From an uncultured Acidobacteriaceae bacterium (lineage in GTDB: Bacteria; Acidobacteriota; Terriglobia; Terriglobales; Acidobacteriaceae): a stretch of DNA of 64,000 nt. Under the pieces are notes generated by a model, which searched no databases, was not told the DNA's origin, and worked only from the letters and a program-made list of their open reading frames with translations. The number at the start of each line of letters is the position of its first letter. Within the stretch, counting starts at the first letter, position 1. Made by a program: the position numbers and the translations under genes. The DNA lies in NCBI GenBank assembly GCA_963840555.1, contig CAWIZK010000003.1, positions 11,779 to 75,778 of the forward strand. Direction: 5' to 3'. Positions 34,863 through 44,942 of the stretch are shown here, one piece after another.

Positions 34863-35272
34863 TACCTCTTTACTGAAGACTGCCAACGGTCGCCCGTCAC
34901 GTTGATCCGTGACTAACTCGCTTGGTACTCGACCTCTACCTGGCGTACACTTCCGCCGGAAGGATGAGGGAGAGTTGTCGTCCCACGAGTCGGCAGCCAG
35001 ACTGTGCCCACGTCCCCAGCTAGGTGGTTCGACCTGTGATTGGTCACGTTTGTTTTCAGTCTCTCGCCCATTTCCCCGCCAAGACGCACGTCCATCCCCA
35101 CGAAAGCCGATGTAAGTCCTTACTCCCCTATGATTTCCATACAAACTATTTGGTTTCTATGTTTTACGCTGTAATTGTCTCCTATCTACATGAAAACAAA
35201 GATCCTAGGGGGAGGGGGGAGGGGGTACCTCATTTTGCCATTTCCCGTTTCGGAACTTCAGTTCCGAAACGT

Positions 35273-35306
35273 GGAACTCGCAACTTGAGACCTGAAACTC
35301 GAAACC
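35273..35306 (+). repeat. GAAACTCGAAAC-type intergenic repeat
   Basis: ggaactcgcaacttgagacctgaaactcgaaacc. Same family as 25475-25507 and 56962-56992. Confidence 0.6.
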
Positions 35307-35353
35307 GGCTCCGCGTGCTACCCTTGCCGTCACACCTCTTTTCAGGAGCCTTT

Positions 35354-35917
35354 ATGCGTAAGTCTCTGATCTCGTTTGTCCTCGTGCTTTTCATCTCGCT
35401 TTCAGCCATCGCCCTCAACGCCGCCTCGCTCGCGGGCGTCAGCCTGCCCGATTCCACGCAGGTCGCCGGCAAGTCCCTGGTCCTCAACGGCCTCGGCCTA
35501 CGCTCCAAAATGATGGTGAAGGTCTACGTCGCTGGCCTCTATCTGGAGCAGAAGTCCTCTGACCCTAACGCCATCATGAAGTCCGACGGCCCCAAGAAGA
35601 TCGTCATGCACTTCCTGTATCACCCCAGCAAGAGCCAGATGGCCGACGCCTTCAACGAAGGCTTCGCCGACAACTCGCCAGACGCCATGAAGACGATGAA
35701 GTCTGACATCGATAAGTTGAATGGCGCGCTCGTGGACTTGAAATCAGGCGACGAGATGGTATTCACCTACGTTCCCGGCACCGGTACGACTCTTGCCATC
35801 AACGGCAAAGACCTGATCACCATCGCCGGTCAGCCCTTCGAACAGGCGCTGCTCTCGGTGTGGCTCGGTCCCAAGCCCCCCACTGCCGACGTGAAAGCCG
35901 GAATTCTCGGCAAGTAG
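35354..35917 (+). CDS. chalcone isomerase-like family secreted protein
   Basis: AGGAG SD and signal peptide. LVLNGLGLRSKMMVKVYVAGLYLE is typical of the bacterial CHI-like family. Confidence 0.65.
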   Translation: MRKSLISFVLVLFISLSAIALNAASLAGVSLPDSTQVAGKSLVLNGLGLRSKMMVKVYVAGLYLEQKSSDPNAIMKSDGPKKIVMHFLYHPSKSQMADAFNEGFADNSPDAMKTMKSDIDKLNGALVDLKSGDEMVFTYVPGTGTTLAINGKDLITIAGQPFEQALLSVWLGPKPPTADVKAGILGK

Positions 35918-36023
35918 CAGTTCGCGGTCTGCTGCCAGCGGTTCGCCATGAAAAAATGCGCCTCGTCTCTGCGAGGCGCATCTATGCGTTGCAACTATAG
36001 CCACAGCGCATATAATAGCTTTC

Positions 36024-36377
36024 ATGAGTGACGACCCGAATTCCCAGCTTCCGCTTCAGCCCACCACGTTTCACATCCTGCTCTCGCTGGCGGAAGAAGA
36101 TCGCCACGGTTACGCCATTATTCTAGATGTCGCGCGACGCACCGACGGCGACATCAAGCTCAGCGCAGGCACGTTGTACCGCTCCATCCAGCGCATGCTT
36201 GAGTCTGGCCTGATCACCGAAACCAAGAGCAGGCCTGCTCCCGAGATGGATGATGAGCGTCGTCGCTATTACCGCATCACGCAATTCGGAACCGCAGTGG
36301 CCAAGGCAGAAGCGGGACGCTTGAGCAGCCTGCTGAAGATGGCGCGCTCGTGCGGCGTTGTGCCAAGGACGACGTAA
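36024..36377 (+). CDS. PadR family transcriptional regulator
   Basis: FHILLSLAEEDRHGYAIILDV...GTLYRSIQRMLESGLI. The stop overlaps the next ATG (TAATG). Confidence 0.85.
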   Translation: MSDDPNSQLPLQPTTFHILLSLAEEDRHGYAIILDVARRTDGDIKLSAGTLYRSIQRMLESGLITETKSRPAPEMDDERRRYYRITQFGTAVAKAEAGRLSSLLKMARSCGVVPRTT

Positions 36378-38962
36378 TGAACCTCTATCGAGCCTTGCTC
36401 CATCTGTATCCCTCGTCGTATCGAACGGAATACGGCGAGGAAATGAGCGGCATCTTCGCGCAGGAGCTGCGAGATTCCAGCGGACCGTTGGCGCGTTGCG
36501 GCCTCTGGCTCTCTACTTTCTTCGAAGTCATCGGCAATGCGGTCGCAGTTCACTGGCAGATAGCTCGACGCGACCTGCGTTACTCGCTGCGGTCTCTGCT
36601 TCGTTCACCGGGTTTCACCATCACCGCAATTCTGCTGGTCACCATCGGCATCGGAGCCAACGCCGCCATTTTCACCCTGGCCGATTTCGTGCTGGTGCGC
36701 CCGCTGCCTTTTCCCGAGCCCAATCGCCTGGTGAAAGTCTGGGAGAAGCATCCTGGCTATTCACTGATGGAGCTCTCTCCGCCGAACTATCGCGACATCA
36801 ACAACGCCACGACTTCCTTCACATCGCTCGGTGCTTATACCGACATAGCGATGAACCTGATTGGACAGGGCGAACCGCTGCGCGTCGAGGGAGCAATCGT
36901 TACGGGAAACCTGTTCTCCACTCTTGGCCGCTCGCCGCTGCTCGGCCGCTACTTTACTGACCGCGACGATCAGGCTGGTGCGCCAGCGACCGTGATGCTG
37001 AGCTATTCGTTCTGGCAGACGGAATTTGGCGGCGAAGCGAGCATGCTGGGGAAATCGATCATCCTCGACGACGCGGCCTACACCGTAATCGGCGTGACGC
37101 CGCCGGATTTCCACTTCCCCAGCCGCGAAACCCGGTTCTGGAAGACCTTTCGCTACAAGGAAGAGGATTATGCGGAGCGTGACAACAACTACATAACCGG
37201 AATCGGGCGGCTCAAGCCCGGCGTGTCGGTCGAACAGGCGCGAAACGAGTTGGATGTGATTGCGCGACGCTTGCAGCAGCAGTATCCGAAAGAGAATGAA
37301 AACGTCGGCGTCACCGTTCTGTCGCTGCGTGATGAGTTAAGCAAGCAGTCGCGGCTTCTCCTGCTCGCCCTTTGTGGCGCGGCAATCTGTTTGCTCGTGA
37401 TTGCGTGCGCTAATCTCGCCAACCTGCTACTGGTACGTTCCCTGGCACGACAGAAGGAGCTGTCCATCCGTGTTTCGCTGGGCGCCAACCGGAGATACAT
37501 CCTGCGACAACTGCTTTCTGAGAGCCTCATCCTAGGCGTTGCCGGCGGTCTCGGCGCCATCGGCGTCGCCGCGCTTGCCTTGCCGCTGCTTTCGCGACTC
37601 GTGCCTACTGGCCTTCCCACGCAGGAAGTTCCGCCGGTCGATCTGCGGCTGTTGTCGTATGCACTCGTGATGACCGCGATCACCTTTCTCGCATTCGGGG
37701 TAGCTCCGGCGATCCGGATTTGCCGCAATGCCGGATTCAGCGGCTTGCGTGAGGGCGTTCGCACTGGCGGAACAGGCAGCCATCGGCTGCGCTCGGCACT
37801 AGTGATCGCCGAAGTCGCGGTGTCGGTGGTGCTGCTGATTTGCTCTGGCCTGCTGATACGCGCGATGTGGAAGGTGCAAGCCACCGATCCCGGCTTCCGG
37901 ACCGAGAACATCTTGACCATGCGTACGGCACTGCCGCTTCCTAAGTATGAAAAGACAAAAGTGCGCGAACAGTTCTACGCCAGGGTGTTGAACGATGTTC
38001 GTCGGCTGCCCGGCGTGACTGACGCTGCCTATGTAAGCGCGCTGCCCATGGTGTGGCGCGGCGGTATCTGGCCAGTGGTGGTCAACGGGGTGTCGAAGAT
38101 CCGGGCTGAAGGCAACACCGCGAGCCTGCGCTATGTGACGCCCGGGTTCTTCGCGACCATGGCGATTCCGGTGAAGGCAGGGCGAGACATATCTGAATCT
38201 GACACTGCCGACACGCAATGGGTTGCGGTGATCAGCGAGTCGCTGGCGCAGAAATACTGGCCTGACGAATCGCCGATTGGCCGTCATTTCGAGTTTGGAT
38301 TGCACGACCGCGAAGTCGTTGGGATTGTCGGCGACGTTCGGGTGCGAGGTCTTGAACGGGTCAGCGAGCCCCAAGTGTATCTGTCATACCAGCAGGTTCC
38401 CGACGGATTTCTCATTGGGTACACGCCGAAGGACCTCGCAATCCACGCGACGCGCTCGCCGGAGTACCTCATTCCCGAGGTGCGGCGCATTATCGCCGCA
38501 GCCGGCCCCCAGCAGCCAATTTCTGACGTGAGAACGATGGAGGAAATTGTCGCCGGCGAGACGCAATCGCGCGCCGTGCAGACGCGCGTGCTGATGACGT
38601 TCACTTCGGTTGCGATCCTGCTTGCCGGGCTGGGAATTTACGGATTGCTCTCGTTTACCGTGTCGCTGCGACAACAGGAGTTCGGCATCCGCATGGCGCT
38701 CGGCGCACGGCAAGGCGACATATTCAGGATGGTGCTGAGCAAAGGCGCGGTGTTGGCCCTCGCGGGCTTGGTTCCCGGACTGCTGCTGGCCTACGTGGCT
38801 GCCCGCTGGCTGGAAAGTCTCTTAGCAGGGTTGAAGCCGGCAGACGCCTTCACGTTCGCCGCGGCCACCCTACTGTGTTTCGTGGCGACATTGGCGGGAA
38901 CAATCGTGCCTGCGCTGCGCGCAGTACGAACGGATCCGACGAGCGTGATGCGGGCGGAGTGA
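36377..38962 (+). CDS. duplicated FtsX/MacB-type ABC permease (ADOP-type orphan permease)
   Basis: The N-terminus MNLYRALLHLYPSSYR is typical of PadR-linked permeases. Two FtsX-like 4-TM halves, each preceded by a large periplasmic domain. Confidence 0.85.
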   Translation: MNLYRALLHLYPSSYRTEYGEEMSGIFAQELRDSSGPLARCGLWLSTFFEVIGNAVAVHWQIARRDLRYSLRSLLRSPGFTITAILLVTIGIGANAAIFTLADFVLVRPLPFPEPNRLVKVWEKHPGYSLMELSPPNYRDINNATTSFTSLGAYTDIAMNLIGQGEPLRVEGAIVTGNLFSTLGRSPLLGRYFTDRDDQAGAPATVMLSYSFWQTEFGGEASMLGKSIILDDAAYTVIGVTPPDFHFPSRETRFWKTFRYKEEDYAERDNNYITGIGRLKPGVSVEQARNELDVIARRLQQQYPKENENVGVTVLSLRDELSKQSRLLLLALCGAAICLLVIACANLANLLLVRSLARQKELSIRVSLGANRRYILRQLLSESLILGVAGGLGAIGVAALALPLLSRLVPTGLPTQEVPPVDLRLLSYALVMTAITFLAFGVAPAIRICRNAGFSGLREGVRTGGTGSHRLRSALVIAEVAVSVVLLICSGLLIRAMWKVQATDPGFRTENILTMRTALPLPKYEKTKVREQFYARVLNDVRRLPGVTDAAYVSALPMVWRGGIWPVVVNGVSKIRAEGNTASLRYVTPGFFATMAIPVKAGRDISESDTADTQWVAVISESLAQKYWPDESPIGRHFEFGLHDREVVGIVGDVRVRGLERVSEPQVYLSYQQVPDGFLIGYTPKDLAIHATRSPEYLIPEVRRIIAAAGPQQPISDVRTMEEIVAGETQSRAVQTRVLMTFTSVAILLAGLGIYGLLSFTVSLRQQEFGIRMALGARQGDIFRMVLSKGAVLALAGLVPGLLLAYVAARWLESLLAGLKPADAFTFAAATLLCFVATLAGTIVPALRAVRTDPTSVMRAE

Positions 38963-38970
38963 GTCGGTCG

Positions 38971-39876
38971 CTAGTTTTTGTGGATTGGGCCAGCATTTGC
39001 TGGTGGACGTTCCGGCGTCCACATGGGCTGACCTGCAGGAAGGTGGACCACCGGCAACTTGGGAAAAAGCGCGCGAACATCTTCGACGCACTTTGTCATT
39101 CCCGCCTCCTCCGACACCTCATGCCCGAGCAAAATCAGCGCTTTCAGGCGGCCTTGAGCGCTGGCGTCAAGCACGTATGAAATTGTTTCCCATTCAGGCA
39201 CCTCGCCCACAAGCAAAACCTCGACTTCATCCGAACGCAGCGCTTGGATTTGCCTCTGCGTTCCGGCGGCTCCCGGAAGCATCCCAACGTGTGTGATTGG
39301 CAGTGCGGGGTTCCCGACCACCCGCACCGACTGGGCATTCAGTTTGGTCGCCAGTTCGCGAGACAACTCAAGCAAGGTAGTCTTCGGAATCGTAAGTCGG
39401 AACGGATTTCCCGCAACCATATAGTTCTGCCAGCCCATCGCTTCCAAAAAGCCGACGGCAACGGGGTCAGGTGAGATGGAATGCATCTGGTCGTGAAACC
39501 GAAAGACGACCATGTGGTGCTGCTGAATGAATGCGAGTTTCTCGCGGTACACGGGATCGTCAGCGAAAAAGGCCGTGTCGTCGAGGTGGTTATAGAACGT
39601 CGGCTCGTGAGTGATTACCAGATTCAGGCCGCGCTTGTCGGCTTCGCGCAGAACGTCCATGGTATCGAGGAAGGTGACCGCAATGCCCTTCACCTGTGTG
39701 GATGGATCGCCCGCCTTGATGGTGTCTACGGTATTCGGAGGTGGAGCGACGGAGTAGTGCTGCTGGATACGATGAATGGCTTCCGCTGCGGTCAAGGTCT
39801 GGGCAGCGACGGCGAGCGGAAAAACAGCAACAAGAGCAACGACAGCACATACAGAACGCAAGGCGAAGGATTTCAC
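38971..39876 (-). CDS. NIF3-family (dinuclear metal centre) protein with apparent signal peptide
   Basis: GIAVTFLDTMDVLREADKRGLNLVITHEPTFY. GTG at 39876 is preceded by GAAGGAAAGG and gives VKSFALRSVCAVVALVAVFPLAVAAQ. The track start at 39927 is also a GTG. Confidence 0.6.
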   Translation of the reverse strand: MKSFALRSVCAVVALVAVFPLAVAAQTLTAAEAIHRIQQHYSVAPPPNTVDTIKAGDPSTQVKGIAVTFLDTMDVLREADKRGLNLVITHEPTFYNHLDDTAFFADDPVYREKLAFIQQHHMVVFRFHDQMHSISPDPVAVGFLEAMGWQNYMVAGNPFRLTIPKTTLLELSRELATKLNAQSVRVVGNPALPITHVGMLPGAAGTQRQIQALRSDEVEVLLVGEVPEWETISYVLDASAQGRLKALILLGHEVSEEAGMTKCVEDVRALFPKLPVVHLPAGQPMWTPERPPANAGPIHKN

Positions 39877-40031
39877 GTAAGTTACCTTTCCTTCAGAACG
39901 AAGGTTTATTGTAGCTTCGCGCTTCACCCCACGCCGTTCGTCCTCGACTGAACAGATGGCGATCCAATGAAATCGTATGCCAGAGCACAGCGCCGCGGAG
40001 AAGATTTCGTTTAGAGTAGCAAGCTAAGCCA

Positions 40032-40895
40032 ATGAGCCGTCCGCCGCCATTCGGAGATGTCGGAAGAATCAGCCGCCAGTACAGCAGAGCCATTACGCTC
40101 GCATTTCTGGTTGTTTGTTGCACCTCAGTATCGGGGCAATCGTGGCTCGACGCGTATTTCAAGCGCGTCGCAGAGCAACAGGCCAAACAACCTCACTGGG
40201 CCACGCCCCTGTTTACAACGACGCCCCGACTCGACCAACGCATCCGCTATGACGTGCTTTGGCAGCGGCAAGCCAACGGCCATATCACGGAAGACATCGG
40301 AAACAGCAAAGGCATCGGACTTATTCCCGCGCGCAACATTGAAGTCATCATCGGCATTCCGCCCTACTTCGTGCACGACAATCCCAAACAAAGGGACGGC
40401 TGGGGCGACGAGATGTTTCAAGTGAAATATCGCTTCGCTTCAGGAAACGAGCAGCACGGCAACTACATCGTGACCGCATTCCTGGCCGCTACGGTGCCCA
40501 CAGGGACCCACAACAACGGTGCTCCGCACGCCGTGCTCACGCCTACTCTCGCGGCCGGGAAGGGCTGGGGCCACTTCGACGTGCTCACCACCGCAGGTAT
40601 TCAGCTCCCGGTTGCCGAAGGCCAAAAGCTAGGCCAGCCGGTAAATTGGAACGTCGTCGGACAGTATCGTTTTCTGGGAAAGATTTCCCCTGAATTGGAG
40701 ATGAACTCCACGTTCTACTCGAATGGCCCGAGCGCGGGGAAGCACCAGGTGTTCCTATCGCCAGGAGTCGTCGCAGGCCGCTTTCCGATCTGGAAAAGAT
40801 TGTCGTTCACCGGCGGCGTAGGGGTGCAGATCGCGGTCACTCAGTTCCATACCTACAATCACGGCTGGATTCTCTCAACCCGGTTGCCGTTCTGA
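40032..40895 (+). CDS. putative outer-membrane beta-barrel protein
   Basis: Alternating amphipathic strands, ending in ...ILSTRLPF with a terminal aromatic residue, typical of OMPs. Family not recognised with certainty. Confidence 0.45.
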   Translation: MSRPPPFGDVGRISRQYSRAITLAFLVVCCTSVSGQSWLDAYFKRVAEQQAKQPHWATPLFTTTPRLDQRIRYDVLWQRQANGHITEDIGNSKGIGLIPARNIEVIIGIPPYFVHDNPKQRDGWGDEMFQVKYRFASGNEQHGNYIVTAFLAATVPTGTHNNGAPHAVLTPTLAAGKGWGHFDVLTTAGIQLPVAEGQKLGQPVNWNVVGQYRFLGKISPELEMNSTFYSNGPSAGKHQVFLSPGVVAGRFPIWKRLSFTGGVGVQIAVTQFHTYNHGWILSTRLPF

Positions 40896-41036
40896 GGTGT
40901 ATCGGCACGGCCGGACGTGAATCATTCGTTGTGGGCGAGACTTGGCGCGTTTAGTATGATGGGAATTCTTTGCAGAGAAATACCGTGCTGAAGATTTGTA
41001 CTTCGCTGCGCAGTCAGAAAGCCGAGGGGTGATTGC

Positions 41037-41522
41037 ATGTCACTGTCCGTGGGCAAGAGCGCCAGAGTGATGAGTCGAGTAACGGCTGGGGTCTTGATGT
41101 TCGCAGTGTCCGCGATTCTCACGGGCCAGGCACAGGATGCGAAGAAGCCCGCGCCGGCACCCGCCGCGGCGACCGCCGCCGGATCGCCGGTTGCGCGAGG
41201 ACAATACCTGGTAGAAGACGTGGCGATGTGCGGCACGTGCCACACTCCACGCAATGCGAGTGGATCTCTCGACCGCAGCCAGTGGCTGGCTGGTGCATCG
41301 GTGCCGTATCAGCCATCGCAAGCGACTACCGACTGGCCGACTGTAGCACCACGCATCGCCGGATTGCCGCCTGCCAGCAACGACGGAATGGTCACGCTGC
41401 TTACCACCGGAATCTGGACTACGGGCCAACAGCTTCGCGATCCGATGCCCAAGTTCCACATGACCAAAGCCGACGCTGAGGCCGTGGTTGCTTACTTGAA
41501 GTCGATCAAGACGAGTAAGTAA
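41037..41522 (+). CDS. c-type cytochrome (single haem)
   Basis: Signal peptide and a CGTCH haem-binding motif. Confidence 0.7.
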   Translation: MSLSVGKSARVMSRVTAGVLMFAVSAILTGQAQDAKKPAPAPAAATAAGSPVARGQYLVEDVAMCGTCHTPRNASGSLDRSQWLAGASVPYQPSQATTDWPTVAPRIAGLPPASNDGMVTLLTTGIWTTGQQLRDPMPKFHMTKADAEAVVAYLKSIKTSK

Positions 41523-41563
41523 CGGCCAGAACCTGCAAGTCCCAAAACTTCTATAGCGACTAC

Positions 41564-42889
41564 TTACAGGCGCACGATCTTTTCAGACTCGATGCCCTTC
41601 AGCGCATTGCGGGTATCCACTACCAGCCTTGCCACATCGAGCAATCCCTTGTAATCGATGCCAGAGTGGTCGGTGATGATGACGCAGCAATCAGCCTGGT
41701 TCGCCGACGAAAGTGCATCCTGGGTAGCGAGTTCGAAGCCGTCGAGCTTGAGCTTGGGCACATACGGGTCACTGTAAGTGACCACAGCGCCTAGCTTCTT
41801 CAGCAGCAGAATCACGTCGAGAGCAGGCGACTCGCGCATGTCGTCAATATTCCGCTTGTAAGAGACGCCCACAATGTGAATATGGGAGCCCTTTACTGCC
41901 TTGCCGTGCTGGTTGAGCGCTCCCTGGACCTTACCGGCGACGAAGTGCGGCATATTCCCGTTGATGTATCCGGCAAGCTCGATGAAGCGGGCTTCAATGC
42001 CCGCCTGCTTGGTCTTCCAGGACAAATAGAACGGATCGATCGGAATGCAGTGGCCGCCGAGTCCGGGCCCGGGGTAAAACGGCATGAAGCCGAACGGCTT
42101 GGTGGCGGCGGCGTCGATCACTTCCCACACGTTAATGCCCATGCCATCGCACATCACGGCCATTTCGTTCACCAGGCCGATGTTGATCATGCGGAAGGTG
42201 TTCTCCAGCAGCTTCACCATTTCGGCAACGCGCGTGTTGCTGACGGGCACCACATGTTGCAGCGCCTGCGAGAAAAATAGCTGGCCCATCTCAGTGCAGG
42301 CAGGAGTAATGCCGCCAACGACTTTTGGCGTGTTGAGAGTCTGGTACACGGGGTTGCCGGGATCGACGCGCTCGGGCGAGAAGCACAGGAAGAAATCTTC
42401 GCCGACCTTGAGGCCCTGCTTCTCAAACGTGGGCAGCAGGAGTTCGTCCGTGGTGCCGGGGTATGTGGTCGATTCGAGGATGACCAGCAGTCCGGGATGA
42501 AAGTGCTTGGCGATCTCGTCAGAGGCCGACACGATGTAGCTCATGTCGGGATCCTTGGTCTTACGTAATGGTGTGGGCACGCAGATGTTGATGGTGTCGA
42601 GCTGGCTGACGACAGAGAAATCGCTGGTAGCGTCGAAGCGCCCTGCTTTTACGAGTTCCGCAACTTCACTGCTGGGGACGTCTTGCACGTAGGACTCGCC
42701 TTTCATCAGGCGGTCGACGCGAGACTGCTGAAGATCGATGCCAGTGACGTGAAATCCGGCCTTGGCGAATTCAACTGCCAGGGGAAGGCCCACGTAACCG
42801 AGTCCGACGATGCCAACTCGGGCGGTTTTTGAGTCGATCTTCTCTTTGAGTGCCTGAAACGTGCTCACGGATTTCGCTGCCACATGCAT
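41564..42889 (-). CDS. nucleotide-sugar (UDP-glucose/GDP-mannose family) dehydrogenase
   Basis: VGIVGLGYVGLPLAVEFAKAG Rossmann motif, with a catalytic Cys region (GGHCIP). ATG at 42889; the track start at 42922 is a TTG. Confidence 0.85.
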   Translation of the reverse strand: MHVAAKSVSTFQALKEKIDSKTARVGIVGLGYVGLPLAVEFAKAGFHVTGIDLQQSRVDRLMKGESYVQDVPSSEVAELVKAGRFDATSDFSVVSQLDTINICVPTPLRKTKDPDMSYIVSASDEIAKHFHPGLLVILESTTYPGTTDELLLPTFEKQGLKVGEDFFLCFSPERVDPGNPVYQTLNTPKVVGGITPACTEMGQLFFSQALQHVVPVSNTRVAEMVKLLENTFRMINIGLVNEMAVMCDGMGINVWEVIDAAATKPFGFMPFYPGPGLGGHCIPIDPFYLSWKTKQAGIEARFIELAGYINGNMPHFVAGKVQGALNQHGKAVKGSHIHIVGVSYKRNIDDMRESPALDVILLLKKLGAVVTYSDPYVPKLKLDGFELATQDALSSANQADCCVIITDHSGIDYKGLLDVARLVVDTRNALKGIESEKIVRL

Positions 42890-43079
42890 GATTGCCTCTT
42901 CTGCAAGACCATTAAAGACCAACCTCTGATTCTATACATTTGAGAGAAAGTTCGGTAAATCCGAGGTTAGCGAACAACGCCGTCGAGCTTCAGATTGGAA
43001 TCGTTCGCATTAGGAAAGCTCGAAGGGTAAACGCTGCTGCAATCGCCGGAAGACAGCCCTACAGCCGAGTCTGTCAGGA

Positions 43080-44906
43080 CTAGTACTCGGGTGTGATTCG
43101 CAACCGGGCGTGCAGCGTCATCGGCAGAGAGGCGTGCCGGCGAACAACAATGACCCATGCGGGCTCTTTCGTGCCGAAACCGCGGGAGCGCCAGCTAGGC
43201 TCGACCACTCCGCCATCGGCTGTGAATTCAGCGAGGTCGCCGATTGCCCAGGTTCCCGGGGAAACTTCGCGCGGCTCCTGCGCGAAGTGCCAGAACTGCT
43301 CGATGTCATGCTCCCCGGCAGGCCCGGCGATTTCGTCGGTGGTGAAGAACTCGCGGCCGTCGAATTCGACAGTACGATAGTGGGTGAAACCCTGATAGCG
43401 GCAACTCGCAGTGGCGCGATCCTGAGTAGGATTGGCAGTGAAGTGCAAGGCGAATTCGTCAAGTTGGGGTGGGTTCGTCCAGCGGAATGGGCCGGCGGCG
43501 ACAGCTTGATTGTGGCCGTCGATGCGAACGGTGTTGTGGGCGGCCGACCCGCGGAAGTACGAGCGCCATTCGGGATCCATGTAGCTGTAAGTGCCGGAGT
43601 CGATGAGAATTTCCTGCTTTCCGACGGTGACCACGAGCGAGAGCGTGTCGGAGTGGCTGTGTCCGGCGGTGCCGGGACCGAACGGACCGGCGTCGAAAAG
43701 GGCAGCGACCGGGCCATGACGCATAACAACGATGCCGGTGTCGGCGAAGACTCGTGATTGGAGTTCGACCGATTCGTCGGGTGTTCGCCGGCAACCTTCA
43801 GGGCCGATCCACCACATGGCGATCTCGGCGAGGTCGCGTTCGTCGTATTCGAAGAAGCGCTCGCCTGTCAGCACCGATGCGACCGCCAGGGATGCGCGAG
43901 CGAAGCGCGGTCGCGGCCCGTGTGGGTGGAAGAATCGTCCGCCGTCGTCGTCCCCGAGGACTAGCAGATCGCCGCCTTCGCTGACGATGCTGGCGACGAA
44001 CTCGGCCATGCGCGCGAGGCTTTCGCGATAGTCCGCAGAAACGTCTTCGAGCAGAGCGTGGAAGGCGAACATGTCGAGCGCGTACATCTGGTAGTACGTC
44101 GATTGCTCGAAATAGTTGCCGTCGGGTTTGACGCTCGTGCGCATGTGCTCAGCGACGATCCCGCTTCCGAGTCTGCGCCAGCGGTGGGAGCGGGGGAATT
44201 GCGGGAACAGCCGCCCGAGGGCGTGCAGCGCGACGGCTTCGCCCAGCAGGTGCGTGTTGGGCGAGAAGTAAATCGACAGATTGTATTCGAGATGCAGGCC
44301 GTGACGGTAGAGCTCAGCCAGGAACCGCTGCCGAAATTCGGCCGACATGCGCGCGCCGATGAGATGGAAGATCCATATCCATGACTGCGCGCGAAACGCG
44401 ACTTCCAGCGCGCTCGTCCAGTTGATGCCGTGTTGAAACGGATTTTCGGCCCACCAGTGTTCGAGTTGCCGGAAGACGTACTCGCTGTACTCATCACGAT
44501 CTGCAAGCACGGCTGCCTGCGCCAACAGGACCAGGTGCTGGTGCCGGTTAATCTCCCAGATGAATTTGTGATCGCCGGCTGCCGCGAGATCGAGATATGG
44601 GATACGGCGGAAATAATCTGCAGGCGTCTCAGTGCCGCGATGCGGATCCCGCCGCCACGCCATCGTGTCGCCGTAGTCGATGACGGTATCGAAGATCGGG
44701 ATGCGGCCTCGTAGTACCTCATCCGCGGTGGCGATGAGGTCCCGGGCATAATCGGTGCCGCGCAGCGCATCGGCTACGGTCTTCGGATCGGGGAGCAAGG
44801 CGAGAGGTGTATCGGCCCGCAGCGTCAGCTTTGGCGAAGAGAGTGCAAGGAGCGCGTTGGCGGCCTCCTGGCGCAGACGAAATGTGATCTCGCGAGCCGA
44901 GCGCAT
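43080..44906 (-). CDS. heparinase II/III-like (polysaccharide lyase-like) protein
   Basis: 608 aa. HGINWTSALEVAFR and AGHSHSDTLSLVV are typical of the heparinase II/III and alginate lyase-like N- and C-domains. Confidence 0.7.
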   Translation of the reverse strand: MRSAREITFRLRQEAANALLALSSPKLTLRADTPLALLPDPKTVADALRGTDYARDLIATADEVLRGRIPIFDTVIDYGDTMAWRRDPHRGTETPADYFRRIPYLDLAAAGDHKFIWEINRHQHLVLLAQAAVLADRDEYSEYVFRQLEHWWAENPFQHGINWTSALEVAFRAQSWIWIFHLIGARMSAEFRQRFLAELYRHGLHLEYNLSIYFSPNTHLLGEAVALHALGRLFPQFPRSHRWRRLGSGIVAEHMRTSVKPDGNYFEQSTYYQMYALDMFAFHALLEDVSADYRESLARMAEFVASIVSEGGDLLVLGDDDGGRFFHPHGPRPRFARASLAVASVLTGERFFEYDERDLAEIAMWWIGPEGCRRTPDESVELQSRVFADTGIVVMRHGPVAALFDAGPFGPGTAGHSHSDTLSLVVTVGKQEILIDSGTYSYMDPEWRSYFRGSAAHNTVRIDGHNQAVAAGPFRWTNPPQLDEFALHFTANPTQDRATASCRYQGFTHYRTVEFDGREFFTTDEIAGPAGEHDIEQFWHFAQEPREVSPGTWAIGDLAEFTADGGVVEPSWRSRGFGTKEPAWVIVVRRHASLPMTLHARLRITPEY

Positions 44907-44942
44907 GGAAGCTCCATGATAGATGAGTGACCACGCAGTGTT

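Noticed and set aside
35956-35981. 10-bp perfect hairpin ATGCGCCTCG-N6-CGAGGCGCAT, considered as the terminator of the CHI-like gene
   Set aside because: It was not listed as a terminator feature because the A/T tract lies on the wrong side for plus-strand termination (AAAAAA precedes the stem). It may still be a stabilising or bidirectional structure.
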